IMG/VR virus record: IMGVR_UViG_3300043432_000484
Location: 32,001-96,000 of that record
DNA length: 64,000 bases
Direction: 5' to 3' (one strand)
From: a virus
Taxonomy: Duplodnaviria > Caudoviricetes
Part shown: in pieces, positions 1-9,963 of the stretch
Position numbering within the stretch: position 1 is the first letter of the stretch
Layout of the letters: the number at the start of each line of letters is the position of its first letter
Program-made: the position numbers and the translations under genes
Notes under the pieces: model-generated
Databases searched by the model: none
Told to the model about the DNA's origin: nothing
The model's input: only the letters and a program-made list of their open reading frames with translations

Positions 1-1098
1 GGGTGCCGGGGTTGCAGTCCCCATGAAGATCACGGGAGGTTGGGGTCCTTCAGAAGGCAGGTTCCCCTTGTTCTGAGAGAACTCTAGGATGTCACATTGC
101 AAGGCGTTCTTGGTGGTATCCCTGGACCTGGCCAGAAACCATCTAGCAAACCTGGTCACATGGTTCTGGTACTTGGCGTAGACCTGCTCTGCTAGGGCCT
201 TATCCACTTGGGAGAAGTCATGAACCATGCGGTGGGCCGTGCGGAAGCTATTCATAGCGGCCTCGGCCAATCCTGAAGCCACATCCTCAGGAGTCTCAAT
301 CTCGCAAGCCTGGTCCAGTACTCTGAAAGCTTCAGTGGGGTTGTCCAAAGAGAGCAACAGTTGGTAGTGGATCGTAACTGAAGGCAGGTGAAGATGGTCG
401 CGAACAGACGACGCTCTGATCGGACCGATCTGGGCTATCGCTTCCAGGGTGTTGATGACATCCCGGATGTGCCCTCCCTGATGGTCAATGACCGTCAGCA
501 CCGCCTCATCCTCATACTGGACAGATTGGGAGTCCAGTATGATCCTCATCCGCTCTAGAATCTTCTCCCTCGGAACCTTGCGTATGGGGTACTCCTCGCA
601 CCTGGAGCGGATGGCACCACGGAGCTTCTCGACTTCCGTGGTGCAAAACATCCCCACCATCCGCTTCTCTTCGAGTGGCTTGAGCAGAGCATCCTGAGCT
701 GTTTTGCTCATGCTCTGAGCCTCGTCAAAGAGGTAGATGCGCTTTGGGGCGTTCTCCAGAACGCATGGAAGGATCTCGATGATGGCTCGAACCTCGTCCG
801 CTGAGGCCTGGTTGGCAGAATCCCTCTCGCTATAAGCGCTCGGCTGCTCCTGTAGAATCGCCTTACAGTTATCACACTCGTTACAAGGTTCCGGGTCCTT
901 GAGGTTGATGTTCAGGCAGAGCATGGCCCGAGCATGAATGCGCCCCAGCGTTGTCTTCCCGCGGCCGTGACGACCTGAGAAGACATAGCTTGTGTCGAAC
1001 GCAGTCTTGTTCCGGATGCGGGCTTTGAGCAACTCAACATTGCCCTCTTGCCCTAGGACATCAGCGTAACGAAGAGGTCTGTAAAGGGTATCCCACAC
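1..1098 (-). CDS. dnaX: DNA polymerase III gamma/tau clamp-loader subunit (3' end outside window; absent from ORF track)
   Basis: Hand translation from GTG 1098: MWDTLYRPLRYADVLGQ...FSGRHGRGKTT (Walker A)...CLN...PCNECDNC (Zn module)...IYLFDEAQ...IRSRCE (SRC motif). Confidence 0.92.
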   Translation of the reverse strand, partial: MWDTLYRPLRYADVLGQEGNVELLKARIRNKTAFDTSYVFSGRHGRGKTTLGRIHARAMLCLNINLKDPEPCNECDNCKAILQEQPSAYSERDSANQASADEVRAIIEILPCVLENAPKRIYLFDEAQSMSKTAQDALLKPLEEKRMVGMFCTTEVEKLRGAIRSRCEEYPIRKVPREKILERMRIILDSQSVQYEDEAVLTVIDHQGGHIRDVINTLEAIAQIGPIRASSVRDHLHLPSVTIHYQLLLSLDNPTEAFRVLDQACEIETPEDVASGLAEAAMNSFRTAHRMVHDFSQVDKALAEQVYAKYQNHVTRFARWFLARSRDTTKNALQCDILEFSQNKGNLPSEGPQPPVIFMGTATPAP

Positions 1099-1112
1099 GA
1101 GTGCTCACCATT

Positions 1113-1598
1113 TCAACCGTTGGACTGTTGCGTAACCGATTCCACGACCTCTTGAGCCCGAGCTTCGATGTTGAGCCGCTGCGCTACCTCAACCATGCCA
1201 GTCAGCTCCTCTGTCCACGCACCATGGCGATTCAGGATGCTCGTGAACTCATTGACATCCGGCTTGCGCATCTTCCACTTCATGGTGCCGCCATCCTCGT
1301 CATCCTCTTCACCGGTGCACTCCTCCAACAGATGGTCTATGAGGGCGTTGCGCTTACGGTCATCCATCTCATTCCAGCAATCCAGGGCGATCAAGATGAT
1401 GAAGTCCGTTTCGATCAGGTACTCATAGAGCCCCGATACCTTGCTAGCCTTGCCTGGCACGGGCTTGCCGTTGTTCTTGCTGGCCTTGTCCACGGCCATG
1501 TACCGGATCCGAGCGGATGCCAGCTCCGGGTGATACGTGGGCACCAAGCGCTTCGCGATTTCCTCTGCCTGATCTGCGGTTCCGTATAGCTTTGGCAT
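1113..1598 (-). CDS. Putative phage metallopeptidase-family protein
   Basis: DFIILIA...W...ALIDHLLEEC...PDVNEF pattern; the HExxH motif is degenerate. Confidence 0.55.
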   Translation of the reverse strand: MPKLYGTADQAEEIAKRLVPTYHPELASARIRYMAVDKASKNNGKPVPGKASKVSGLYEYLIETDFIILIALDCWNEMDDRKRNALIDHLLEECTGEEDDEDGGTMKWKMRKPDVNEFTSILNRHGAWTEELTGMVEVAQRLNIEARAQEVVESVTQQSNG

Positions 1599-1601
1599 TT
1601 T

Positions 1602-2300
1602 CTACATCTCCTGTGACTGTTGATTGATGAACGTTCGAATGTACGGAGCCAGCTGAGCGTCGCCCCAAACTTCCCAAAGGTCGCTGGGATCCTTGATCTT
1701 GGCACCGATCACCGAAGGATACGGGAGTACGTACACCTGAAAATCGTGACTGTGCTGCTCTTCGAAATCTTTGCACCCTTTAATTCCAGGCGCGTCATTG
1801 TCGTATGCCATGAACACGCTATCCACCAAGCGGCGTAGCACCCGGGCCACCGACGGGGACACCCGTGCCGTTAGGGTAGCGACCACTGGCTGAATGGCCC
1901 TCTGGATCGGAAACAGATCGAAGGCGCCCTCCACCAGGCAAACGTACCTTGAGTCCCACATCGATTTGACCGCTTGGCCCAACCCAAATAGGCAAGGCTC
2001 GTGCTGCTCAGGAAGAAAGTAGTCCTGGTAGCCAGGATTCTTCCGATCCACATGGCGCAGTTGGAGTCCTCGGATCTCCCCCAAAGCCGTGGTCAAAGGT
2101 AAAACGTACACGTCATCGATCCTGTTTTTTGCCCACCGTAGGAAGTCCTCCGGAAGCCCCTCTGGCAGCTCCAAGTTCAAGTGTCCCAGCTGATACAACT
2201 CCATCTGCTCGCTGGACACTCCGCGCCCCATCAACAGATCGCGCTCCCGCTCGGTCAGTCGGCTGGCAGAGTACGCCACCAGGTCCTGAATCCAGGTCAT
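1602..2300 (-). CDS. DnaG-type primase catalytic core (Toprim), no Zn-binding domain
   Basis: LFGL, LVEGAFD, AYDND and KDPSD motifs. Confidence 0.8.
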   Translation of the reverse strand: MTWIQDLVAYSASRLTERERDLLMGRGVSSEQMELYQLGHLNLELPEGLPEDFLRWAKNRIDDVYVLPLTTALGEIRGLQLRHVDRKNPGYQDYFLPEQHEPCLFGLGQAVKSMWDSRYVCLVEGAFDLFPIQRAIQPVVATLTARVSPSVARVLRRLVDSVFMAYDNDAPGIKGCKDFEEQHSHDFQVYVLPYPSVIGAKIKDPSDLWEVWGDAQLAPYIRTFINQQSQEM

Positions 2301-2845
2301 GCGGGGATCACCGCCACAAAAGCCAGGTTCACCCTCTTGGCCATCACGCCAATGTAGTCCCCAACCCTCGTGTACAACCCAGCATCCTCAGGCCGCACTG
2401 AGATCAGAGCGACCCCGGGAGGGAATCCGCATGTCAAGGGGATCAACCCATCAGGTACCGGCAACGGCTCCTCCTTTGACATAACCACGAACTTTGGGGT
2501 GGTCCCTACCGTCTTCATTCGATCCAGACCTTCTTGAAAGCTAGGCACCGAGCACCCCCAGCCATTACGAGCGCTTTCAGCCACAAGTACCCTGTGGAAC
2601 TCCAGCAGCAGACCCTCTTCGCGATCAACCGGACATTCAGTGAAGCCGAACCTTGCGTACCCATTCTTGGATACCTCAGTGCGCATAAACGTGGACCGAG
2701 CGTTGGTCACCAACAAGGGGGTGATGGTTTTGATCTCTCGGGGATCAAGGTCCACCTGTGACAGCAAGGGCACCGAATGCCCAACGTTGCCAGCCCTAGG
2801 GCGATGTCGTTCGGTCACGAACAGATGGGACAGCAATGATAGCAC
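2297..2845 (-). CDS. Hypothetical protein
   Basis: Co-directional ORF tiling with neighbours. Confidence 0.6.
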   Translation of the reverse strand: MLSLLSHLFVTERHRPRAGNVGHSVPLLSQVDLDPREIKTITPLLVTNARSTFMRTEVSKNGYARFGFTECPVDREEGLLLEFHRVLVAESARNGWGCSVPSFQEGLDRMKTVGTTPKFVVMSKEEPLPVPDGLIPLTCGFPPGVALISVRPEDAGLYTRVGDYIGVMAKRVNLAFVAVIPA

Positions 2846-2848
2846 GAG

Positions 2849-3370
2849 TCAATCTCCTGATGGCAAGGAAGGCAGGGGGGCGGATTTGGATAGAGAGTCA
2901 GGGCGGATCTGAACGAAGCGAAACCAGAGGGCCTTCCACCAAGGCAAAGCTGGGATTGCGTCTGAACCGAGCGCCCATAACAGACCAGCGACTTCTGGCA
3001 TATTGGCCTCAACCCATGTCAGGTCTCGAATCTGCGCGTAGAACTCAGCTTGCACCGACTCCTTGGTGTCGATAGGAGTGAAATAGGGGCAACGCTTGGC
3101 ATCAATGGGGTCCTCACAGATGTTGCCAGGCCAGAGTGTGGGGTCCTCGGATCCCAACATGCAGAGCCCAATCACGGGCAAGTGCTTGCCAGAGATCACG
3201 TTGTACTGAGCATTTTTCTCGCCAGCCACCCGCTTCCTAACGTCCAACGGGTGCCTCTCATTGTGCTGACATTTGTGAGGCAGTCTGGCCCGAGCGTCCT
3301 CCACTCGACGGTTGATCTCTTGAGTCAGCAAGTATCGGATCCGATCCTGTATCTCGACTTCAGACCGCAT
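2849..3370 (-). CDS. Hypothetical Cys-rich protein
   Basis: ORF tiling; likely ATG at 3370. Confidence 0.6.
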   Translation of the reverse strand: MRSEVEIQDRIRYLLTQEINRRVEDARARLPHKCQHNERHPLDVRKRVAGEKNAQYNVISGKHLPVIGLCMLGSEDPTLWPGNICEDPIDAKRCPYFTPIDTKESVQAEFYAQIRDLTWVEANMPEVAGLLWALGSDAIPALPWWKALWFRFVQIRPDSLSKSAPLPSLPSGD

Positions 3371-4001
3371 GGTTATTCTCTCGTTGAAGGTGGAGCAGTC
3401 TTGAACCATCCGGAGCCTCTACAGGTCTAGCGTGGTAGCGCACATCAGCATGCTCCATGAAGGATGCCTTGTGGGTGATCAGGAAGATCGAGATACCAGT
3501 CTTTTTGGCCAGCTCCTGCAGGAACAGGCTGGTCGATTCTATGTACTCGTCAGACACCGCGGCCAATGTCTCATCTAAGACAAGAAGGGGCCACTTGTTC
3601 AAGCGCCTCATTGCCAGTACCTTCAGAATCAATGATGCGATGCTAGCCGGACCTCCTCCGAACGCCTCCAAGGGGTGAGCACGGATCGACATCCTCTTGT
3701 CATCTTGACGTAGGAAGAAATCGATGGCGATCTTGTTGTAACGTTGGGAGACCTCGGCCTCGAATGTCAGCGCCTGATCCACAAAGATGGAGCGCAGGCC
3801 CTCTGTGACGACTCCCTCGATCGAGCGTACATGATCCAAAACAAGGCGATCCATCAGAGCCCTGAACAGCTCTCCCACCTTAGTCAAGGTGTCCAAGCGA
3901 TCAGACAGGACCTCTACCTCCTTGGTGCGGGAGGAGAGATCCTGCTGTAGCTTTTTCCTAAGGGCCTGAAGTTCGGTAGCCGTCTCGGAGACGGCGCTCA
4001 C
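3360..4001 (-). CDS. SbcC/Rad50-like ABC ATPase, C-terminal half
   Basis: Coiled coil, signature-like FGGG, Walker B LLVLDE, H-loop LITH; no Walker A. Confidence 0.8.
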   Translation of the reverse strand: MSAVSETATELQALRKKLQQDLSSRTKEVEVLSDRLDTLTKVGELFRALMDRLVLDHVRSIEGVVTEGLRSIFVDQALTFEAEVSQRYNKIAIDFFLRQDDKRMSIRAHPLEAFGGGPASIASLILKVLAMRRLNKWPLLVLDETLAAVSDEYIESTSLFLQELAKKTGISIFLITHKASFMEHADVRYHARPVEAPDGSRLLHLQRENNHAV

Positions 4002-4003
4002 TC

Positions 4004-5266
4004 TCAGTCGATGCTCGGAGCGTATCTGGTCACTTTGCATTGGTGGGCCTCGCCTTCAAGTTTAGCCCCGATGCCCCCTACGGTACCATCGTTGCCAAGG
4101 CAGAATGTATCGATGGTGCGGAGCATGAACCGATCCCTCGGGCGCTTGTCGTCAGCCGGAATGACCTTAATGTGGAACCCCACCTTGTCCCCTTGGATGC
4201 CTTGGAACATGTCAATCATGTGGTCCACGTTCACATTGATTGACAGCGGGGAGGTGACTCGGACTTCCACTTTCTCTGTGGACACCGGCTCACTTTTGTT
4301 CGTGTTGTTCTCATCCGCACTTGAGAAGTGGAATGACAGATCCGATGGGTCGAAGTGCATGCGAGCCTTGACCTTGTCCTTTTGAGGAGAGCGGATGAAC
4401 TTCAGCTCATTGACCATGTCCTCGGGATTCACCAAGACCACCACCTCATCAGACTTGGCGGAGTAATACATGAACTTGGAGTACTCCGAAGAATGCTTAG
4501 GCCAGCCAAACACGTCCCCCTGACTGTTCAGCACGTAGGACTTTTTGTCCGTGGTATAGATGTGGACGTTACCCGTGGAGCGTCCTAGGAAGGCTTTGAA
4601 CATCCCCAAATGCAGCTGCGGAAGGGTGAGACCACAATCGATGAAGGCGGGGCAGTGGAAGTAACAAATCTCCTTGTTGTTGGAGGAGATCATATACCCA
4701 TTGGCCTTCTGAGCCAATTCGGGGTCGTCATTCCCAAAGATCTTGACGGTCTTGTAGAACTCTTGGTCCACCGAGTCAGTCTTCTTGGGTAGGAACGGCT
4801 CCGTAGTTCCAATCGCAAACTGAAGTACCGGGATCGAGAACTCCTTGGGCTGGATCGTGTCCTGAGCCGCCTTGATGTCTCGCTCGAAGTTGTACATCTC
4901 CCTGGGGTCGAACGACACCAAGTCCTCCTTACCGGAGGTACCGAAGGAGTACCCGACCTTAAACGCGCCATTGGTTTCGGTAGCCTTGAACGAGATGCTT
5001 GAGGCCTTGATGTACCCGAAACGGGCCACATACTCAGCGGGGAACATGAACTGCCCCTCCCCTTCAACGTTGGAGATTGGGAACGAAGAGCGCGCCTCAT
5101 GCTTGGTGCTGTCCCGCGAGTACAGGGTGCACTCTTGCCCCTGTACCGAAAAGAGGTAGCCCCCTCCTCCGCCCTGAGATGTGGCTTGAGGGGTCACGAT
5201 CGAAACTACCCCAATCGCGCGTCGCAGCTCACTCGTGTCTACTGTGAAAGAGATTTCCATGTTCAT
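4004..5266 (-). CDS. dnaN: Divergent DNA polymerase III beta sliding clamp
   Basis: 420 aa; N-terminus FTVDTSELRRAI...VEGEGQFMFPA and late INVNVDHMIDMF resemble beta clamp; clamp-loader genes nearby. Confidence 0.6.
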   Translation of the reverse strand: MNMEISFTVDTSELRRAIGVVSIVTPQATSQGGGGGYLFSVQGQECTLYSRDSTKHEARSSFPISNVEGEGQFMFPAEYVARFGYIKASSISFKATETNGAFKVGYSFGTSGKEDLVSFDPREMYNFERDIKAAQDTIQPKEFSIPVLQFAIGTTEPFLPKKTDSVDQEFYKTVKIFGNDDPELAQKANGYMISSNNKEICYFHCPAFIDCGLTLPQLHLGMFKAFLGRSTGNVHIYTTDKKSYVLNSQGDVFGWPKHSSEYSKFMYYSAKSDEVVVLVNPEDMVNELKFIRSPQKDKVKARMHFDPSDLSFHFSSADENNTNKSEPVSTEKVEVRVTSPLSINVNVDHMIDMFQGIQGDKVGFHIKVIPADDKRPRDRFMLRTIDTFCLGNDGTVGGIGAKLEGEAHQCKVTRYAPSID

Positions 5267-5286
5267 CTGTCCTTGCTGTTGTGTGG

Positions 5287-5556
5287 TTACTTCGTGAACG
5301 CCGCCAAAGCTGTCTCAACTTCGGTCAGCTCCTGATCCAGGGTCTGGATCATAGACTCTAGGGAGCCTTGGACCCGGTCCCGCTCCTGGGTGATCTTCTT
5401 GGGATCAAACCCCGCTTCTCGGATTTCCTGCACGATGGCCTTCAGCTCATCCTGCTTGGCCTGCAGCTGCCCTGCTACACCGGCTTTCTTCTGCACCACA
5501 GCACTGTGCCGGCGCTGAAGCTCCTCTATTTTGCGTTGAATCTCTTGTTCGTCCAT
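5287..5556 (-). CDS. Small coiled-coil protein
   Basis: Heptad-rich 89 aa ORF with RBS-like GAGGA. Confidence 0.7.
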   Translation of the reverse strand: MDEQEIQRKIEELQRRHSAVVQKKAGVAGQLQAKQDELKAIVQEIREAGFDPKKITQERDRVQGSLESMIQTLDQELTEVETALAAFTK

Positions 5557-5569
5557 AGGTCCTCGTTGG

Positions 5570-6472
5570 TCAGAAACTGACTCCCCCGTCCTCTACACCG
5601 CGCTGAATGTCATCCGCGATTTCCTCTTTGCGATCTTTCGAAAGGAAGCGCTGGCCCTCGGGGCACACCTCCAGATAGCGGCAAAACTTGCAACCGCTGG
5701 TCTTGGGGGACGCAGGGAACACCTTCTCCGGTTCAGCCCCGTTCAAAATGTCTCGGTTGGCTTGCTCAATGGTACCGATCATCTGAAGCACCGACGATTT
5801 CAACACGTTCAAAGCGTCAGGAGTGGTCTGTGTCCAATCCAGGCTATTCTCCGGCTCGTATCTCCAATACAAGAAGCCTAGGCGATCAGGGATGGACCCG
5901 AGCTTGAGCCAATGCAGCATCGCGTACCAGCGCAGCTGACGATGGTTCGTGTATTGGTCGCGATGCCTAGAGCCCTTTCCGTCGATGATGACTCGATCCC
6001 CATGAGGCTTCACCCTGGTCATCACGAAATCCGCGCGTCCAGCAATCTTGTGCCCGTCTACGATGGTATCCAAGACCACTTCAGCTTGGGCATCAGTACC
6101 GAGCAGCCGATGGTGCCGAATGCTTCGAAGCCCCCGATGGACCGTCTCGATGACCTCTCCTTCAACCTCCTTGATCGAACGTGTGCCCTCCTTCAAGCCC
6201 TTCTCTTTCCAATCGAAGGTTCCTCCCTTGCGGATCTCATTCGTGATGACCTTCTGAATGGTGGGCTTGACCAGGGCCAACATGCGAGCGGTGGTGTTGG
6301 CCTTCCAAAGACCATCGTTGTAGAAGGCTTGGTACAGGATTCCGACTGCTTCCCCGTAGAGCATATGGACCCTGTTGTCGAGCTTGGTCACTTGGGTCTT
6401 GGCGATGTACTGATGGTAGTAAGCTCGCAAACAGTCGTTGGCCAGATCGTACCCTGAGTATGAGATGTACAT
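5570..6472 (-). CDS. PD-(D/E)XK nuclease (RecB/AddB/Cas4-like, Fe-S Cys pattern)
   Basis: N-terminal C, GRADFV, IIDGK, QLRWY, C-terminal CKFCRYLEVC. Confidence 0.8.
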   Translation of the reverse strand: MYISYSGYDLANDCLRAYYHQYIAKTQVTKLDNRVHMLYGEAVGILYQAFYNDGLWKANTTARMLALVKPTIQKVITNEIRKGGTFDWKEKGLKEGTRSIKEVEGEVIETVHRGLRSIRHHRLLGTDAQAEVVLDTIVDGHKIAGRADFVMTRVKPHGDRVIIDGKGSRHRDQYTNHRQLRWYAMLHWLKLGSIPDRLGFLYWRYEPENSLDWTQTTPDALNVLKSSVLQMIGTIEQANRDILNGAEPEKVFPASPKTSGCKFCRYLEVCPEGQRFLSKDRKEEIADDIQRGVEDGGVSF

Positions 6473-6476
6473 GCTA

Positions 6477-7451
6477 TCAACCCTCCCTGGCCTGGGCCAA
6501 GTACCTCAAAGCGAAGTCCCGGACCTCGGAGGCGAAGTCCAGGGACCTGATGTTGTCGTCGATAGACAGAGCAGAGTCGAAGTTAGTGTCCGCCTGAAGA
6601 CGCTCCAAGAACGAGTCCATACTTCTGGTCTCAGCCTCGGCGCGCTCCTTGCGCTCCAAATCGAACACGTCAGAAGCTGGGGCTACGATCAGCGGGATAG
6701 TCTGAATCAAAGGGCCGGTGCTCTCAAACTCGATCAGAGAAACTTGGGGCACGCGCGAGGTGTTCTCGTGAGTCAGTGCCCCCCGGCTCACCGCCCCTTG
6801 GTTTACGAACTGCTTGCCCTTGACGCTGACAATACCTTGGTCCCTATGCCAATGACCGAAAGCCCACACGTCCGGGCCATCCTCGGTGACCAAATCAGCG
6901 TATCGAAATACGGGCTCCCCGAAAAAATCCTCCACTTTGGCGGGAGGGTTCTCCGCAGCCAGAGCGTGTACAATGGCCACCAAGAAGTCGTCTCCCGGCT
7001 TCTTCTGAATGGCCAGCAGTTCCTCTCTCGTTCTACGCGGGTGGTAAGGAACCCCAACGACCCTGACCTGTAGATCCCCGTCCTTGAACACTGTTTCTCT
7101 TAGGCGTTCAAATACCCCGCACCCATACAGTACTCCGAGTGGTTGGCGCTCTATGCTATCCAGGTTGTTGTACTGCATGTCATGGTTGCCCTCTGCACCA
7201 TACACGGGACACGGATACTGTTTGTGGATGGCCGCCGTCTTGTAGATGAGACCATGACTATTGCGGCTAGCAGCCTTCACATGGAAATAGTCCCCGCCAT
7301 CCAGGACCGCAGTTGCATCCATGTCTTTGGCGAATCGACCAATCTGCTCCAAGTTGGACCAGATCTCCTCAGGGTAGTCCCCCTTCCAAGACGCCGGGCT
7401 CCTATCAGCTACGTGTGTGTCCGTTCTGAAGATGAATCCTACCCTAGGCAT
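6477..7451 (-). CDS. sbcD: SbcD/Mre11-like metallophosphoesterase nuclease
   Basis: DTH, GGDYFH, GNHD and GHWH motifs; adjacent to SbcC-like gene. Confidence 0.85.
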   Translation of the reverse strand: MPRVGFIFRTDTHVADRSPASWKGDYPEEIWSNLEQIGRFAKDMDATAVLDGGDYFHVKAASRNSHGLIYKTAAIHKQYPCPVYGAEGNHDMQYNNLDSIERQPLGVLYGCGVFERLRETVFKDGDLQVRVVGVPYHPRRTREELLAIQKKPGDDFLVAIVHALAAENPPAKVEDFFGEPVFRYADLVTEDGPDVWAFGHWHRDQGIVSVKGKQFVNQGAVSRGALTHENTSRVPQVSLIEFESTGPLIQTIPLIVAPASDVFDLERKERAEAETRSMDSFLERLQADTNFDSALSIDDNIRSLDFASEVRDFALRYLAQAREG

Positions 7452-8677
7452 GCTGTTAGCTCCTGATTCTGATGTGGAGCTTGAAACCCCTGCTTGCATG
7501 TTGGGCAGACCCCCATGGCCCTAAAACCTGCCAGTACGTCCTCTTCCTCCTTGGAGACTGCAGCCAAGGATTGCCTCAAGGCAGCTTCTGAACTGGCCAA
7601 GCTAGTCACCTTAGACTGCCAGCCCACCAACCGCTTGAACTCAGTCTGAAGGTCCTTGAGAGGCCCTATTGCAGGAGGCTGCGCACTTTCAGTTGCTTTG
7701 ACTCTCTCGAAGAACCCCTTCAAGGCTCCAACTTGAGCTGCCCAACGAACTAGGTTCTTGTACCCCTTACCGAGCTGGCCAAATGATTCCAGGTCTGGAA
7801 TCCCCACGTCAGTGATCTTCGACAGGACAGACACCGAGGACATTCTATCCTTCAGTTGTTTGTCCAGGGTTGATAGCTTGCGGATCTGAGCCCCCAGCCC
7901 AACAGCCTGGGACACATCGGGAGCGACCAACTGTGTCACCCCTGAGAGAGCCTTGATCCCGCGTGCCACCGAGGTCAGGGACTCGACGAATTGACTCAGT
8001 CTAGCAGCCTGCAACTCCAACTGGTCAACCTTGGCTTCCAGGGCGCTGACGTCCTTCACTCTTAGAAGAACAGAATCCAGATCGGTATACCGATCCAATG
8101 CCAGTTGGATGTCAGAAATGTCCCTCTCCCGGACCTTACGGGTGGATGCCGCTTCCTTGCGGTCTTTCTCGACTAACCTACTGGCTACGTTGATCTGGTC
8201 GAGCTTAGCGACGTCCGATAGGACATCAGCCACAGCCGTACCTGACTTGTTCATCAAGAAGGGAGGGTCAAACTGATCGGCCACCTGAAGGAGTTCGCGT
8301 TCCCCGTTGCCGGTGCCCACCAAACCAAACCCGGGTCCAAGGAACTCTGGGGTGCCACGCCCAACAACCGTGTGTTCTACCGAGTTGTGCACGTAGCGAT
8401 TCACGGAGTCCCCCTTTTCCCAAAGGAGGTCTAATCCATCGCCCACTATGCGAACTGAGCAGAAACATTTACAGGTCTTGGACCCCTTGACTGTCCTGGG
8501 GCAGTCAGTGCTATGGCGCACGCAACTATCGGCAGGAGCGCCAGTGAGCGCGGCCTTGATGGCCCGAACAATGGCGCTCTTACCGATGTTGCTTCTCCCG
8601 GCCACGGCTGAGAAGCCATCGATCTCGATGACCTCATCAACCATGGATTGGAAGTTCTTGATCTCGACGCGGACCAT
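7439..8677 (-). CDS. sbcC: SbcC/Rad50-like ABC ATPase, N-terminal half ending at the Zn hook
   Basis: IKNFQS, Walker A GRSNIGKS, Q-loop DQFD, coiled coil, CPTC near C-terminus; no Walker B. Confidence 0.85.
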   Translation of the reverse strand: MVRVEIKNFQSMVDEVIEIDGFSAVAGRSNIGKSAIVRAIKAALTGAPADSCVRHSTDCPRTVKGSKTCKCFCSVRIVGDGLDLLWEKGDSVNRYVHNSVEHTVVGRGTPEFLGPGFGLVGTGNGERELLQVADQFDPPFLMNKSGTAVADVLSDVAKLDQINVASRLVEKDRKEAASTRKVRERDISDIQLALDRYTDLDSVLLRVKDVSALEAKVDQLELQAARLSQFVESLTSVARGIKALSGVTQLVAPDVSQAVGLGAQIRKLSTLDKQLKDRMSSVSVLSKITDVGIPDLESFGQLGKGYKNLVRWAAQVGALKGFFERVKATESAQPPAIGPLKDLQTEFKRLVGWQSKVTSLASSEAALRQSLAAVSKEEEDVLAGFRAMGVCPTCKQGFQAPHQNQELTACLG

Positions 8678-8680
8678 TGG

Positions 8681-9955
8681 TTACTCCGCGTTTACTTCAT
8701 CCTCGATCGAAACCACTTCCTCTGAGACCTCTTCCACGCTTCCGGCCGCCGACGAATCGTCAAGGTCGAATCCCTCAAGCAGCTCGTCATCCTCGCCGAT
8801 GTCATCTCCTGCATCCACAGCAGCAGCGTTTACCGATTGAGCCAGCTGTGTACGAAGAGTGTCATACACCTTGGGGTTCTCGATCAGGTACTTGCGCAGC
8901 TTGTCCTTACCCTGGAACCGAGCATCCTTCAGGGTGTAGTAGGCACCGTCACGGCGAATGACCTTGTGGACCACTCCGGTCTCGATGACCGAGTAGTAAT
9001 CGTCAATACCCACGCCATAACGAATGAAGATCTGAGTAGAGTGGCCCTGCTTTGCGTCCACCTTGGACTTCACGATCTTGACGTCCGTAACGTTGCCATA
9101 CGGGAACCGGCGCTTCTTTCCCGTCATCGTGTCTTTGCGCTCGATGAACTCGGACTTGATGCGTGAGGACCGCATGCGGAGGTAGGCGTAGAACTTGAGA
9201 GCCTTTCCGCCTGACGTGTTCTCATCTCCACCGTGCCCGCCACCGCTGGTCTGAATCAAAGCGCGCGTCTGGTTGATGAACACCAGGGCCGTACCAGGAT
9301 GTGAAGGATCGGATTTCTCCTTCTCCCCAGGGACCATCGGATGCTTCTGCAGCCAGGTCACAAACTTCGGCAGCACCATGGAGAACTGGCGAGCCACTGC
9401 ACCGATCTTGGCCGCATCATCGAAGCCCTTGATCAGCTCGTCCTTGGGCACCATCGCCGCTACCGAGTCGACGCCGATGATATCGAAGCCCGTTAGGATT
9501 CCGATGTACATCTGCTTGAAGCCATCCTCCATGCTGTCAGGCTGAAGAACCAGCAGCTTGTTGACGTCGTAATCCAGACCCAGAGCCTTCGCGTAGTTGT
9601 GATCCAAACTGTGCTCGAAGTCGATGAACATGGCCGCGCCCCCGGCCTTTTGAGCCTGGACCATGGCGGAGATCAACAGGGTGGTCTTGCCACTTGACTC
9701 AGGCCCGTAGAGTTCAGTGATGCGGCGGCGCGGGAAACCCGGGCAGATTGGCCCCTTCCCATCCTTAGCCGGAGTGCCACCGATCAGCATGTCCACCGGG
9801 AAAGACCCCGTGGAGATGTGACCCATTGTGGTGGCCCCTGGCTGCAAGGGCTTGGACCCGGTGGTCTTGAGGATCATCGCTCTCGCCTTAGCGAAGATCG
9901 CGTCCCGGTTTGGAGCTGCTTTTTTCTTGTCGTCAGTCTTCTTATCGTCGGCCAT
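8681..9955 (-). CDS. recA: RecA recombinase
   Basis: ELYGPESSGKTT, FIDFEH, VDSVAAM, FINQTR, SGGKALKFYA. Confidence 0.97.
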   Translation of the reverse strand: MADDKKTDDKKKAAPNRDAIFAKARAMILKTTGSKPLQPGATTMGHISTGSFPVDMLIGGTPAKDGKGPICPGFPRRRITELYGPESSGKTTLLISAMVQAQKAGGAAMFIDFEHSLDHNYAKALGLDYDVNKLLVLQPDSMEDGFKQMYIGILTGFDIIGVDSVAAMVPKDELIKGFDDAAKIGAVARQFSMVLPKFVTWLQKHPMVPGEKEKSDPSHPGTALVFINQTRALIQTSGGGHGGDENTSGGKALKFYAYLRMRSSRIKSEFIERKDTMTGKKRRFPYGNVTDVKIVKSKVDAKQGHSTQIFIRYGVGIDDYYSVIETGVVHKVIRRDGAYYTLKDARFQGKDKLRKYLIENPKVYDTLRTQLAQSVNAAAVDAGDDIGEDDELLEGFDLDDSSAAGSVEEVSEEVVSIEDEVNAE

Positions 9956-9963
9956 AACCTGCC

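Noticed and set aside
5570-6472. CRISPR-Cas (Cas4-like)
   Set aside because: No array or other cas genes seen; context is recombination.
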